A DNA stretch of 63,913 nt, filler included, from Octopus bimaculoides (GCF_001194135.2; 6 parts of 6 records of this genome joined end to end with filler, not necessarily neighbours in it), one strand, 5' to 3'. Shown: positions 12,513-24,658, numbered from the whole stretch's first letter. Notes: generated from the sequence alone by a model not told the origin. A program made the numbers and translations.

Positions 12513-12660
12513 CCTGTGTAGCTTGCTTTCCTACTACATGGTTCAAGGTTCAGTCCCACTGCGTAGAGGATTGGGCAAGTATCTTCTACTATAACCTTGG
12601 GCTGATCAAAGCCTTGTGAGTGGATTTGGGAGGCGGAAACTGAAATACGTCTGTCGCGTA
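12513..12660 (+). mobile_element. SINE family B, tRNA-like head and core
   Basis: ggttcagtcccactgcg...ttgggcaagtatcttctactata...aaagccttgtgagtggatttgg..ggaaactgaaa, then (TA)n. Homologous to 20425-20580 and 24659-24831. Confidence 0.75.
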
Positions 12661-12661
12661 A

Positions 12662-12696
<35 letters not shown>

Positions 12697-12816
12697 TATN
12701 NNNNNNNNNNNNNNNNNNNNNNNNNNNNNNNNNNNNNNNNNNNNNNNNNNNNNNNNNNNNNNNNNNNNNNNNNNNNNNNNNNNNNNNNNNNNNNNNNNNN
12801 NNNNNNNNNNNNNNNN

Positions 12817-12871
<55 letters not shown>

Positions 12872-14053
12872 TAGATATAGATATAGATATATATATCATA
12901 TCGAAGGGAAATGGAAATATTAGAAATTTCCATTTCCAGTGGCGTAGCGTGTAAAATTTAGTCCAAAGACTATATATTACTCATAAAATACAGTGTACAT
13001 TTAAACATATAAGAGGTAACCATCACAGGATTCCCTCACGCTAGAAAGAACAGCTAAGTTCCAAAACCACTATTTGGGATAAAATTTCGAAAGGAATGAA
13101 ATGAAAATAAGAACATTTAGATGGTAAATGACTGAAACAAGTAAAAGATTCACTCTCTTCCCACGCAGATTTTCAAATAAGTCCTTCCTGTTTGAAGGTG
13201 CAATTCTGAAATGTTATTTAAGGGTTGTTTGACTGCTATCATCAGAAACATGTAGTCTGTATGCAAGAGATTTTTTAATGTTAGAATACAATGCAGGCTT
13301 TGAAAATGAGATATATGAACAATCTGACAATAGCTATTCCTACCATTATATATTACTGTATCTGTTCTTGGGAGATTACACATCTGATGCTTCTAAAGCA
13401 TTCTTGATTTCCTGTGAAGAATGCACACGGGAATGATTTTCCTTTATCTGCTTCACATGCAACAAACAAATCACTTCTGTAATTCAACGTAACATAGTTT
13501 AACTGTGTGGTAGAGCAGTTACTACATTCTTCATTCTTATACTCTTTTATTATTTAACCGTTTCTAGTATTTCAGCTGAAGCCATGCTGGGGTACAATCA
13601 TTTAAAGATTTAGTCGATTATAACTATAGTCAGTACATATTTTATCGATATCTATTTATCGCATGGCAAAGTTCACGCCTTCGTAAATTCACATAAGTAG
13701 CACAGGATAAATACCAAGGGTAATTTTGTTCGGTAAACCGATTTATCGGCAATCCCTTGCCAATATACACACACAGAGATGCATATGCATAATACATAGG
13801 TATATACATGCAAATATATATGCATACATAAATACATACTTACATACATATATGTATGCAAAAATACATATATACAATTAATTTCCTCATAGTACTCGCC
13901 TACCAAATTACCTTAAAAAACACTGAGCAAACCAACACCTTGGTCGAAGACACTTGAAACATATGTCCAAAGTACCACATAGAGGGATCGATTCGGGATG
14001 CACACAGCTATTATATCATATACTGGTACTGGGCGATACACACATACATACAT

Positions 14054-14130
<77 letters not shown>

Positions 14131-14635
14131 NNNNNNNNNNNNNNNNNNNNNNNNNNNNNNNNNNNNNNNNNNNNNNNNNNNNNNNNNNNNNNNNNNNNNN
14201 NNNNNNNNNNNNNNNNNNNNNNNNNNNNNNNNNNNNNNNNNNNNNNNNNNNNNNNNNNNNNNNNNNNNNNNNNNNNNNNNNNNNNNNNNNNNNNNNNNNN
14301 NNNNNNNNNNNNNNNNNNNNNNNNNNNNNNNNNNNNNNNNNNNNNNNNNNNNNNNNNNNNNNNNNNNNNNNNNNNNNNNNNNNNNNNNNNNNNNNNNNNN
14401 NNNNNNNNNNNNNNNNNNNNNNNNNNNNNNNNNNNNNNNNNNNNNNNNNNNNNNNNNNNNNNNNNNNNNNNNNNNNNNNNNNNNNNNNNNNNNNNNNNNN
14501 NNNNNNNNNNNNNNNNNNNNNNNNNNNNNNNNNNNNNNNNNNNNNNNNNNNNNNNNNNNNNNNNNNNNNNNNNNNNNNNNNNNNNNNNNNNNNNNNNNNN
14601 NNNNNNNNNNNNNNNNNNNNNNNNNNNNNNNNNNN

Positions 14636-14875
14636 TTTGCCTTTCATCTTTTCGGTGATCGATAAATTAAATACCAGTTGAGTACTGGGGTCGATATAAT
14701 CGACTTAAACCCTCCCCCAAACATTCAGGCTTTGTACCTTTAGTAGAAAGGATAATTTATTTGGCTCTTAGGCGGCGAGCTGGCAGAACCGTAAACACGC
14801 GGGGCGAAATGCTTAGCGGTATTTCATCAGTCTTTACGATTTGGATTCAAATTCTACCGAGGTCGACTCTAAGTA
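14636..14875 (+). mobile_element. Two SINE family A pieces (a 3' half, then a new 5' head)
   Basis: tttgcctttcatcttttcgg...gtagaaagg, then aggcggcgagctggcagaaccg...gaggtcgactc. Confidence 0.8.
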
Positions 14876-17800
14876 TATGTCAGAAAAAAAAATGAATTGA
14901 AAATATATGAGCAAGCCATTCAGTCCATCGGCACTGAACATGTTTATCTCAATTAAAATATCATTGACCCATTTGAGTTACTTTTAGGAAAAGTATTATC
15001 ATCGCTTAATTCAAAAAGTTAATGAACAGAATTAGACATTATTGTAGAAGCAGTATGACTGAATGGGTAAGGAATTCGCTTCGCAACTCCGAGTTCCCAT
15101 GTTCGATTGTATTGTGTGGCAACTAGAGCAAATGTCATTTTGCATAATGTTGAGTCAATTCATATCATGTGAGAGAAAATGGTTTGCAGGAAACTAAAAC
15201 CATTACAAACGCACGAACGATGTCATAAATAACAGTGACAAACGAAATATACACCGCCGGAAGTTGTTGTTGACAAACAACAGCAGTAATTTTATTCAGC
15301 TGAATACACGTCATTGATTGGTTGAAATTACCGAAATGCGACAACTTTAACACGAAATAACTTTGAAAATACAAACTTTTCTCAACAGCAATAAGAGTAA
15401 AAGATGTTCTATATGACACATTCTACTAGTGACCGCAGTTTGAAAGTGTTTAGTTACAAAAAATTAATTTCTCGATGTGCCGTTCAAAGGGTAAGGATCC
15501 TTACACTTTAGTTCAAATGTACAGCCTTGTCATGCAGTGTCGTGCTAATTCTACTTGAGAATTACGTTAAAGGGTACAAGGGTCTGTGGAATACGCAACC
15601 ACTTATACGCAAAATTCAATGAATCTTCATCATTGAACCTGACGGAAATAGACCAATCGATTTGGGGAAAAATGATATCGTCGATTGTATCGACTTCAGT
15701 ACTTATTCTATCGACTCTGAATAGATGAAAGATAAAGTTTGCTTTAGCGGGATTTGAAAGCAGAACGTAAAAAGCCGTAAATAAACAGTGTATGACATTT
15801 TGACCACCGCACCGATTTCGCCGATCCCTCCTAGGTCCCTTTGTTCTTATAATTGAGTCACATAACAAAGAATAGAAATTTAACAATGTTAAAACGCCTG
15901 CAACGTATTTTTTTATAAGGAAAAAGGTGAGGTTAGAAAATAATAGAATAACCCACATTTGTACTTGCAACAAAACTAGTTATATTGTCTTAAGTTTACT
16001 TTTTTATTTTTTCATACATAGGAAATGAAAATTTTCAAAGATTTATTTGTTATGAACAACTTGTGATTCTTTTATTTCTTCACAAAGGAAATCTGACTCA
16101 CACATCGATGCATTGACGTCATCTGGTTATTAACTTCCTTTCTACTTCTTAATTACTTTTTTAGTGCATAATTACATCTCCCAATATTAAGGACGTTGGA
16201 GGTGCGGCGATGAGGAAAAGGAAAGATGACGGTGGTGGTAACCTTTATGTTTGTGGAGACGCTTATGATCTTAATGATGTTAATAGTTGCAATAGGGGTT
16301 GCGTTGAAAGAATTCTTGGAAGACATAGACAACAAAAGAGAACTCATTGCTCGTGATGAGGTAAAGGAAGTGCTGCGTATGGAAAGAAAGATTTGTTGTG
16401 AGAGAATTCAATCTCATTATATTAGAAAAAATCTCCGTTGTATATAAATATTAATAGAATATAGATTTTCATTTTCGGTTTACTCCACTTCACTCATGCC
16501 AATAATGCACTTGAATAGAATCATGAACCTCGCGATGTAAGTTTGTCTTTTGTACCATGTCACCCCATATCTAAAGTGCTGTGCAAATAGCTGGCGAACA
16601 TAGTTTCGTTACTCTCTCGAAAAATAAATGCTTCGTTTACGTCGCTAATACATTTGGAAAGGCATGAATGTCATTGCATTACATTTCTCATAAAAAAAAA
16701 AGAAAGATGATTTGTAGTATGTGAGCGACCGCTGTAGAGACGGTAGTAAACTTCTGCCCAAACAAATCACATAATCACCATTATAGCAGAGGAATCGAAT
16801 CTGAAACCATATTCATTTTGAAGCGAAGTTTTTAATCACACAGCCTCGACTTTACCTTAGCCTGCTATTTAACATTGTCACTAAACTAATATGAAGATTC
16901 ACACAAATAGTTTATATATTTTTTTTCTTTTGCATTAATTAGATGAAAGACAAATATCCACCTGCACTAGATGCTACTCTGTTATAGGCAAGTTTCCATG
17001 AAGTTTTATCAGTTGGTAACTAGCAAATAAATAAATACAAGTATGGAGAATACAGACTTCCGCACAGAGAAGCAAACGCACGCCTGAAATAGATTTGAAC
17101 CAGCAATTTATGTGCTAGTATTCCAATACCTTAACCAATCAACCACTTTGTTTCTGCATTGTTACCAACTAAAACATGAATATTGTCTGTAAAATAGGGC
17201 GGTGAGTTGTCCAATTTGGCGGCAATTTAAGTAAATGTCTTACAGCAATTAGTTTCGTCCCATTGCGTGCTGAAGTCAAATCTTGCCAGGGTCGATATAT
17301 ATAATACATAATATTAGTGAGACTGATTTAATCGACTATACGTTTTTGCTTCGAAATTTGGCTTTGTTCCTACTAAACAGAAATCAATATCGCTCGGAAA
17401 ATATTTGCATCATATATTATACAAGCGATTAGCTCTCAGTGATAGGTTTAAAGAAGAAAAAAGGTTACTTGGTACCAATTATATCTACATAGAGGTGACA
17501 TCAAGTCTCTCCTCCAATTGAATTAACTCATATCTTTTGTTTCCAAATGTAGCTAAATATTAATTACGTTACTTAGTAATGATAAAATATATGAGCTCAC
17601 TTGAACGAAATACATCCCAATTACAAAATATACCTCGCTAAGTACTCGTTTCTTTAATATTGGTTTCAAATTTCAAATAATACTTTAAAACGAGAAGAAC
17701 ATTATGCTATCGATTGAAGTAAAAATTTGTTTCTTTTGGATAAGCAATAAAACTCTTCACCTTTGGAGATGAGCGAGATACGTTGTAATGTTAATACATT

Positions 17801-18525
17801 CTCAGGATCATTAGTGATATAGTAGATCAAAGTAGATACAGCTCGACTGATTTTTCTACCATGAAACATGTATCTTTATTAATGTTTTCTGTTTCCGCAT
17901 TCAAATATGATTTTCCAGATTGGAGGAGGAAATCTACAGTCGATTGTAACATATTTGCCTCTCCAGAATTATGTATATTTAAGTTTCGAATATATACAAG
18001 AAAAGGATAGTCTTCTCAACTTCATAATTTTTCCTGCGCCATATATTTGTTTCTATTAACAATGTTTGTAGTTGAGGGGAAATCAATGTTGTGACAATCA
18101 TACCTTCCCCTATGGCATTATCACAGTAAATCAATTGAAATGGTTTCTCGTTGAATTGGGGACACACTAATCTGATGGTTCATGTCTCACTGGAAGACTT
18201 TTATTTCTCATTGCAAATGATGATCAATATTCAAAGTTTTTGTGTTATAAATTACTTAGAGAAGGAGGATGCTATATTTATAACCATTACAGTCTCTCCC
18301 AATCTAATCGATGCGGATATTTAGATCTGCAGATGGGAATATAGAAGGAAAACATAATCTGAAGCAGATTTAAAGAATATAGCGGTTTGGAGAGAAAAGG
18401 AACGAAAATAATACAATATGGGTGATTTAGAGAGGTGAGACACACTAACAGTAACGATAGAAGAGGTGTGAAAATCAAGTGAACCGAGAAAGAATAGATA
18501 TGCAGCTAATTATATCAGACAGGAT

Positions 18526-19029
18526 ACAGTTCTATATTTAAGAGATGAGGAATTATGTACTTTATTTACATTATTTATATTTGACGGATATTTGTCTTCA
18601 TCTTGTTTGTTGTTAACACAACATTTCGGTAGATATACCCTCCAGCCTTTATCAGGTGTCTTGGGGAAATTTCGAACCTGGGTTCTCATTCCTAAGGTAT
18701 TTTTCGATGTTGTTATTATCATTATTATTATTATTATTATTATCATTAAGGTCACTGCCTGGAATCGAACTCGGAATCTTGGGGTTAGTAGCCCACGCTC
18801 TTAACCACTACGCCATATTCCCCACGGGAATATGGCGTAGTGATTTAATAATAACAATAATAATAATAATAATAATAACATCGAAAAATACCTTAGGAAT
18901 AATAACCCAGATTCGAAATTTCCCCAAAGACACCTGATGAAGGCTGGAGGGTATATCAGCCGAAATGTTGTGTTAACAACAAACAAGATGAGGAAAAATA
19001 TCCGTCAAATATAGATAATGTAAATAATG
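18526..19029. mobile_element. Fold-back (head-to-head) element: tRNA-like head + (TAA)n + hammerhead-bearing body, with a 15-bp TSD
   Basis: The arms are reverse complements about the centre cactacgccatattccc-cac-gggaatatggcgtagtg (18806-18842). Flanked by tatatcagac(a/t)ggat at 18511-18525 and 19030-19044. Confidence 0.85.
18929..18974 (+). ncRNA. Minimal type I hammerhead ribozyme (Penelope-type), one substitution in stem III
   Basis: GACAC-CTGATGA-A-GGCTG(gagggtatat)CAGCC-GAAA-TG-TT-GTGTT. Stems I and II pair; stem III reads ATGT instead of palindromic ACGT. Confidence 0.7.
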
Positions 19030-20424
19030 TATATCAGACTGGATGATATCGAGAAGAAAAAAGGAGAGAGAGGGAAGGTAGGAGAGAGGAAACAGATGGT
19101 TGGCTTGTTTGTCATTTGTTATAGAGTATTGGTGAATAATTGCTGATCAGTCGGAGTCAGATGGGAATTCTTTCAGAATTAATATAAAATGTTTCTCTGT
19201 GTTTAGTAGCAATAATGTCTAAGATACGTGAGCGGTAAATGAATGTGAGTCCAACTAAAATTTTGTAGAGTTGGTTAGTTAAGAAGAGCTGTTGAGGGTC
19301 GGCAGAGTTGGTGAGTGGTTGTAATATAGGATTATCAGTATTTCTTGGTCAACTGAAAAGGTTGCATGATAGAAAGAAGAATTCTCCATAAGCACAGACA
19401 TCACTCCAACTTTCAGAGTAAACTTGGATAAGTTTTACTCATGGCAGCATAGAACAAGTTAAAGAGAGAATATGAGATTGATTGCTCAAATGTTATTAAA
19501 AGGGTTGTGTTATATCCTTGGTCAAGACTTTTAAATCGTAGTGACCCAGTCCATGTGATAATAAATTCGCACAACTAACAGCAAGAATGCTACATAATTG
19601 ACGAGTCTTTTATTTGCTTGAGTTGCTATATTCAGCTTCTTTTATGAGCTTGAACTTGTCATAAGAATACTTCACACAATGGATCCTTTGTAAGTGATTC
19701 TATTCACATCACACCAGAGTGAGCAGTATGAGTTGTCTTTTGAATTATCAATCTTATTAACTAAGCTCGCTTCTAATCGCATGAAACAACTGGAAAATAA
19801 TTCGAGGTTTAAAATGTGTTCAAAGCGGCTGAAAGTTTTGAAGAGATAATAAGTGGAATACTGCTAGCATTGCTATAGAAAATGGCAATAATCGAATTTC
19901 GCTTCCTGGCTCACATCGATTCTTGCCCATTTTTCAAATTAAGCAGTCGAACAGCTCCAGCAATTAAGGAATCTATAAGCTTATCTTTTCTAAACAGCCG
20001 GCACCCAACATTAAAACCTATTAATAGGTTCAGTGCATATGAAGAATTTCCCAGTTCACCATTTCTTACTATCAATATTTCAATTTACTAAATTAACCAT
20101 TGCCATTATTCAGAATGGCATTTCTCCAGTGTTTCAAATTCAAATTAATTTCATAATATTTATTTAATAATATTTCTATATTTTTAAATGCTTTTCTCAA
20201 TAATTATGCTTTGTTTATCAGGAATCTAATGCCGGCTCCTAGTTTTTTCAAGTTATTATATGGGTTAAAAGATATTTCTACATCACCATGTGAGGGTTAA
20301 ATCACTGTACATATCAAAAGATATTTTCTTACAAGTGACAAGAATTCAATTCTACAATGTCAGTTAAAACCGTTTTAATTAACTTTGGTTCTTTATGCTT
20401 ATGCGATTGTTAAATGCAGTTGAA

Positions 20425-20810
20425 CATGGCTGTGCTCACTTTGCAGTCGCATGCTTTCGAGTTCAGTCCACTGCACAGTACTTCGAGCAAATGCCTTCCA
20501 CTGTAGGCTCCGGGACTAACTAATGTTATATGAGTGAATTCTGTTGACAGAAAGTGTGTGGAAGCCCATCGTATGTGAGTTTGTGTGTCTCTGTATTTGT
20601 TCCCCCTCCCCCACAGCTCGACAAGTGTTGTTGATTTGTTTAAGTACCCGTAACGTAGCGGTTCGGCAAAAGATAATGATAGAATAAGTGCGAGACTTAA
20701 AAAGAAAAGAAAAAACGTACTGGAGTTGATTTATTCGACTAAAACCCTTCAAGAAGGTACCCCAGCATGAGTGCTGTCCCATGAGAGAAACAAGTAAAAG
20801 AAAATAAATG
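20425..20810 (+). mobile_element. SINE family B, near full length
   Basis: tggctgtg...gagttcagtccactgc head, (GT) linker, then ccgtaacgtagcggttcggcaaaaga...gatagaataagt...gaaacaagtaaaagaa tail. Confidence 0.75.
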
Positions 20811-21413
20811 GAGATAATTAATAGTTTCTTTCATTCACATTTCGTGCTAAAATACCATCGCAATAAATTTGTCATTCATCTCTTCGTTGGTCGATAAAAT
20901 AATCAACTGTAAAATGTGAAAAAAATAGCAACACTACAATGTCAGTTAAAACCACATTAATTAAACACAGTTCTCCACAGATTAGTGAATTACCAGATTC
21001 AGTAGAGAATTTCATAAAATATATAGCTTCTTTCATTTGTATTCTCTTTACTTATACTACTGTGGCATCCATATCATTGATCTGCCCACTAGTTGACGAC
21101 TATAAAATTGACGAGTAAAAACAAAATGAGTTTTTAAACGATTGGTTGCAGTACGGGTGTATGAATAATTGTTTATAGCTTTTAGACCCCATAGACTGGT
21201 GAGATCAATGAGAATTTGACGATCGGCCTCGGACATTGGTAGAATGGTCAAATGTAAGCAAAGTGTGGTCAGTTAACAAAGGGGATAGTATAGTGTGCTT
21301 TTTAACCAGCTAAATATAGCAACGACAAATTCCTAAAATCAAAATCCGGTCTCAAAAAGAATATATCGGATAGCATAATCTAGGATATCTTATGCCTGAA
21401 TAAGATATATTAT

Positions 21414-21856
21414 TTACAATGGACGGATAGATGTCTTCACCTTGTTTGTTGTTTTCATAACGTTTCAGCTAATGTTCTCTCCAGCCTTCATCGGGTGTTC
21501 TGGTGTAATTTCGAACCCAACCCTTTATTTTATTAATGGGGTTAACTGTTCTCATTCCTAAGGTATATTGCTGATGTTATTTTTCTGGTGATATTATTTT
21601 TCAAGTCCCTGCCTGGGATTGAACTTAGAATCCGAAATATCAACAGAAAAATAACATCAGAAACGTACCTTAGGTATGAAAGCAGTTTACCCATTAGTCA
21701 AATAAAGGGTTGGGTACGAAATTCCACCAGAACACCTGATGAAGGCTGGAGAGTACATCAGCCGAAACGTTGTGTTAACAAGCAAGATGAGGACACATAT
21801 CCGTCCATTGTAAATAATGTACATAATTCCTCATTCCCAAAATATAGAATAGTATG
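21414..21856. mobile_element. Second fold-back element of the same hammerhead family, with a 12-bp TSD
   Basis: Left arm (minus) and right arm (plus) are homologous to each other and to 18.5-19.0 kb. Flanked by aagatatattat at 21402-21413 and 21857-21868. Confidence 0.85.
21731..21776 (+). ncRNA. Intact minimal type I hammerhead ribozyme (dimer-type, Penelope-like)
   Basis: AACAC-CTGATGA-A-GGCTG(gagagtacat)CAGCC-GAA-ACGT-T|GTGTT: perfect 5-bp stem I and stem II, full core, palindromic ACGU stem III, GUU triplet. Confidence 0.8.
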
Positions 21857-23387
21857 AAGATATATTATGCCTCAATATGATATCACAGTTGAAATTTAAT
21901 AATCATATGCATATCCGATAAGGTTAGCCTGAGCTAAACAATCAAAGAACAATAACGTAACCAGAGAGAAATTTCTAGAGGGCAGCCATTTTTTGAAAGA
22001 AATGATTCGGTAAAAAATGCTTAATGTAATATGATGGTGAGAGAAAGACAGATGAGTACTTTCTAAGATATGCCTGAGCACAGTGGGGACATTAGAGCTT
22101 GCATGTCTGGGGAGAAAAAATCCTGTCATAGTAGATATAGAGGATATGGAAAAATAAAAATAAAATAGTGCATACGCAAGGTAATCCATGCTTGGGAGTG
22201 AATTTCTACTAAAGAGTATCACGGTATTTATAATACTATGTAGGTTAATTGCTCAGTGTGTGTGTGTGCGCGCGCGCAACAATAGTAAATTTTCAGATGT
22301 ATGTAACCAGTATCCACGCTTGGGTCATAGTTGAATGTTGTATACGACAAGAAAATGATGAAAGCTGAACTAGTTTCAAATTACGAGGAGGAAGCTTTGT
22401 CTCTGTTACGCAATTTTCGGGAAGTTGCACATGTTTGGTCACCATGATAGATCCCCAACTATTGTAAAACCTAGAATATTTTTCATATTTTAAATGTTCC
22501 AGTATTTCTCACTGCTTTGTCCTTCCTGCATTTTCCAATCACACAATATTGATTATTAACATTAACACAAAGTCACATGTTTCAGAGAGAAGAGTATAGC
22601 CAATCATATCGACTGATAATTATTTTATCAACTACCACGGAAGAATGAAAGGCAAAACTGGTCTCAGTGGTGTTTGAAATCAAAGAGTAAACGACCATAA
22701 ATAAATCTTTCAAGGCATTATTCCCTATACTCTAGCAATTCAACCAATCCACTGTGGTTAGAATAAAATTTTGCAATGATGAAACCTAAATTACTTGCTT
22801 CATCCAACAATAACTTGCTGTGAAAGCAGCTAGACGCTGGATTATTGAGAAATTGCCATTTCTTTTGACAAAGAACAAGGCAAAAATTGTTTTTATAGAT
22901 ACAGTCGATTGGCCCGTGTTTCGGTTTCTTATTGATTCATATTTGAACATTTCTTGGATGTTCGAAAAGCACAATCGACTCTGGCTTCAAACACGTTGAA
23001 TTATAACATATATTGCCAAAATTTGAGACATTTAGTCTGATCCGTTATTGTTTAAAGAAATTCTAACACTATAAAAATGTGTAGCGAACTCTTCGAATTA
23101 ACAACTAGATTCTTGTACTGCTTCAACTTAGATTTCATAAAGTTTATGTTCCTTTATAAAGGTAATCGGTGCCTTACTATAATGGTAACATTGTGGTAGA
23201 AACGTTAAAACTTTAGTTCGCATTGCCATACGGTTGTTAGTTGTACTGGTCTACTTTTTGAGTTCAAATCATACCAAAGTCAACATTACCTTTCATCCCT
23301 CCAGCAAAATTATATATCAACCAAGTGCTAGAGTCTATGATATCAACTGACCCCTTTCTCCTCATAATTGCCGGCAGTGAGCCTAAA

Positions 23388-23865
23388 TAATAATAATAAT
23401 AAATTCTTTTATTGGCCACAAGGGCTCATATATAAAACATTAAAATACATGCAACAACAAAAGACACAACAGGACGATACAATGGGTTTTACAACGTGTA
23501 AACATTATAAATAACGATTAAAAATTAAACAATTTAAAACTACCAATAGGGGAGTCGCTTTAAGGACCTAGTGGAAAAACCCACAAAAGCCACGGGTGCC
23601 TGAACAACAGGGCAAGAGCCCTTCTCCTTTTGTTTACAGGTGCACGCTCAGAATTGGTTCTTTCACACTGGCCATTCTTCCAACATTCACCCACCTTTCA
23701 ACAAACTTGCTACAAGGTAACACTTCCCTCTCCACTCTCAACTTCCTTTTCAAGTGAAACTTGAAAAAGTGGATAAGGGCTTGGCCAAAGAGGTAAATGC
23801 CTGTCTTTAGCCCTATCAAACGGACCATACTACCTCTTTCGCTACAGCCACTAGACAAATAAAAG
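23388..23865 (-). mobile_element. L1/Tx1-like LINE 3' end with 3' UTR and (TTA)n tail
   Basis: ORF 23634-23858 (LIHFFKFHLKRKLRVEREVL..FVERWVNVGRM), then a UTR ending ggccaataaaagaatttattattatt. Homolog at 3.7-4.1 kb. Confidence 0.55.
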
Positions 23866-23874
23866 TAATAATAA

Positions 23875-24221
23875 TCCTTTCTGTTATTGGCACAAGGCCT
23901 GGAATTTGAGGGGAGAGGTACAGTCGATCATATCGACCCCAATAATTGACTGGTACTTAATTTATCGATCCCGAAAAGATGAAAGGCAAAGTCGACCTCG
24001 GTAGAATTAATAATAATTTTGAGACAAGGCCAGCAATTTCGGAGTAGGGGTTGAGTCGATTATATCGACTCCAGTGCTCAACTGGTACTTAATTTATCGA
24101 CCCTGAAAGAATGAAAGGCAAAGTCGACCCCGGCGGAATTTGAACTCAGAACGTAAAGACGAACGAAATACCGCAAAGCATTTTTCCCGGTGTGCTAACG
24201 ATTCTACCATCTCGCCGCCTT
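23875..24221 (-). mobile_element. Two adjacent SINE family A copies (one partial, one near full length and CpG-rich)
   Basis: gatgaaaggcaaagtcgacc occurs twice. The head ctcgccgcctt ends at 24221, followed by (TAA)n. Confidence 0.85.
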
Positions 24222-24248
24222 AATAATAATAATAATAATAATAATAAT

Positions 24249-24348
24249 NNNNNNNNNNNNNNNNNNNNNNNNNNNNNNNNNNNNNNNNNNNNTTAATTAA
24301 TTAANNNNNNNNNNNNNNNNNNNNNNNNNNNNNNNNNNNNNNNNNNNN
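24249..24348. other. Artificial scaffold join N44-TTAATTAATTAA-N44 (also at 39970-40069, 47046-47145, 59834-59933, 62646-62745)
   Basis: Identical 100-bp layout five times. The 12-mer has stop codons in all six frames. Confidence 0.95.
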
Positions 24349-24427
<79 letters not shown>

Positions 24428-24461
24428 CATACATATATATATATATACATATACACATACG

Positions 24462-24650
24462 TTATTAAACGCAGCAGAAATATCACAAAACTTTTACTCA
24501 GTTTCACATTCCCGTTTGTCGGACAGTTTCGTTAGAATCTGTCCGACGAACGGGAATGTGAAACACTATGTAACAGTTTTTGTGATGTTTCTGCTGCTTT
24601 TAATAAAGCTTATTACTCTACCTTTGAAATTTGAGTTCTCTTTTTTTCCC
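24462..24650. mobile_element. Fold-back element of a second hammerhead-bearing family
   Basis: Arms 24462-24526 and 24539-24605 are reverse complements, including gtttcacattcccgtttgtcggacag / ctgtccgacgaacgggaatgtgaaac. The right arm extends ~45 nt further. A degraded monomer lies at ~25750-25835. Confidence 0.75.
24539..24576 (+). ncRNA. Type I hammerhead-like fold with U4C core variant
   Basis: CTGT-CCGACGA-ACG(GGAA)TGT-GAA-ACA(CTA)TGT-A|ACAG: all three stems pair and the triplet is GUA. The core differs from CUGANGA only at position 4. Confidence 0.6.
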
Positions 24651-24658
24651 ATATATAT

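Noticed and set aside
18745-18826. Functional tRNA gene
   Set aside because: A and B boxes are present but the acceptor stem does not pair, and the sequence is fused to a repeat body. Treated as a SINE-type head. The same applies to 8680-8752.
19050-20090. Very old LINE remnant on the minus strand
   Set aside because: Only vague motif echoes; I could not recover a diagnostic RT or endonuclease motif.
20352-20953. 20-bp direct repeat ctacaatgtcagttaaaacc as a TSD or LTR pair
   Set aside because: The copies do not abut the intervening SINE ends. More likely two remnants of a common repeat family.
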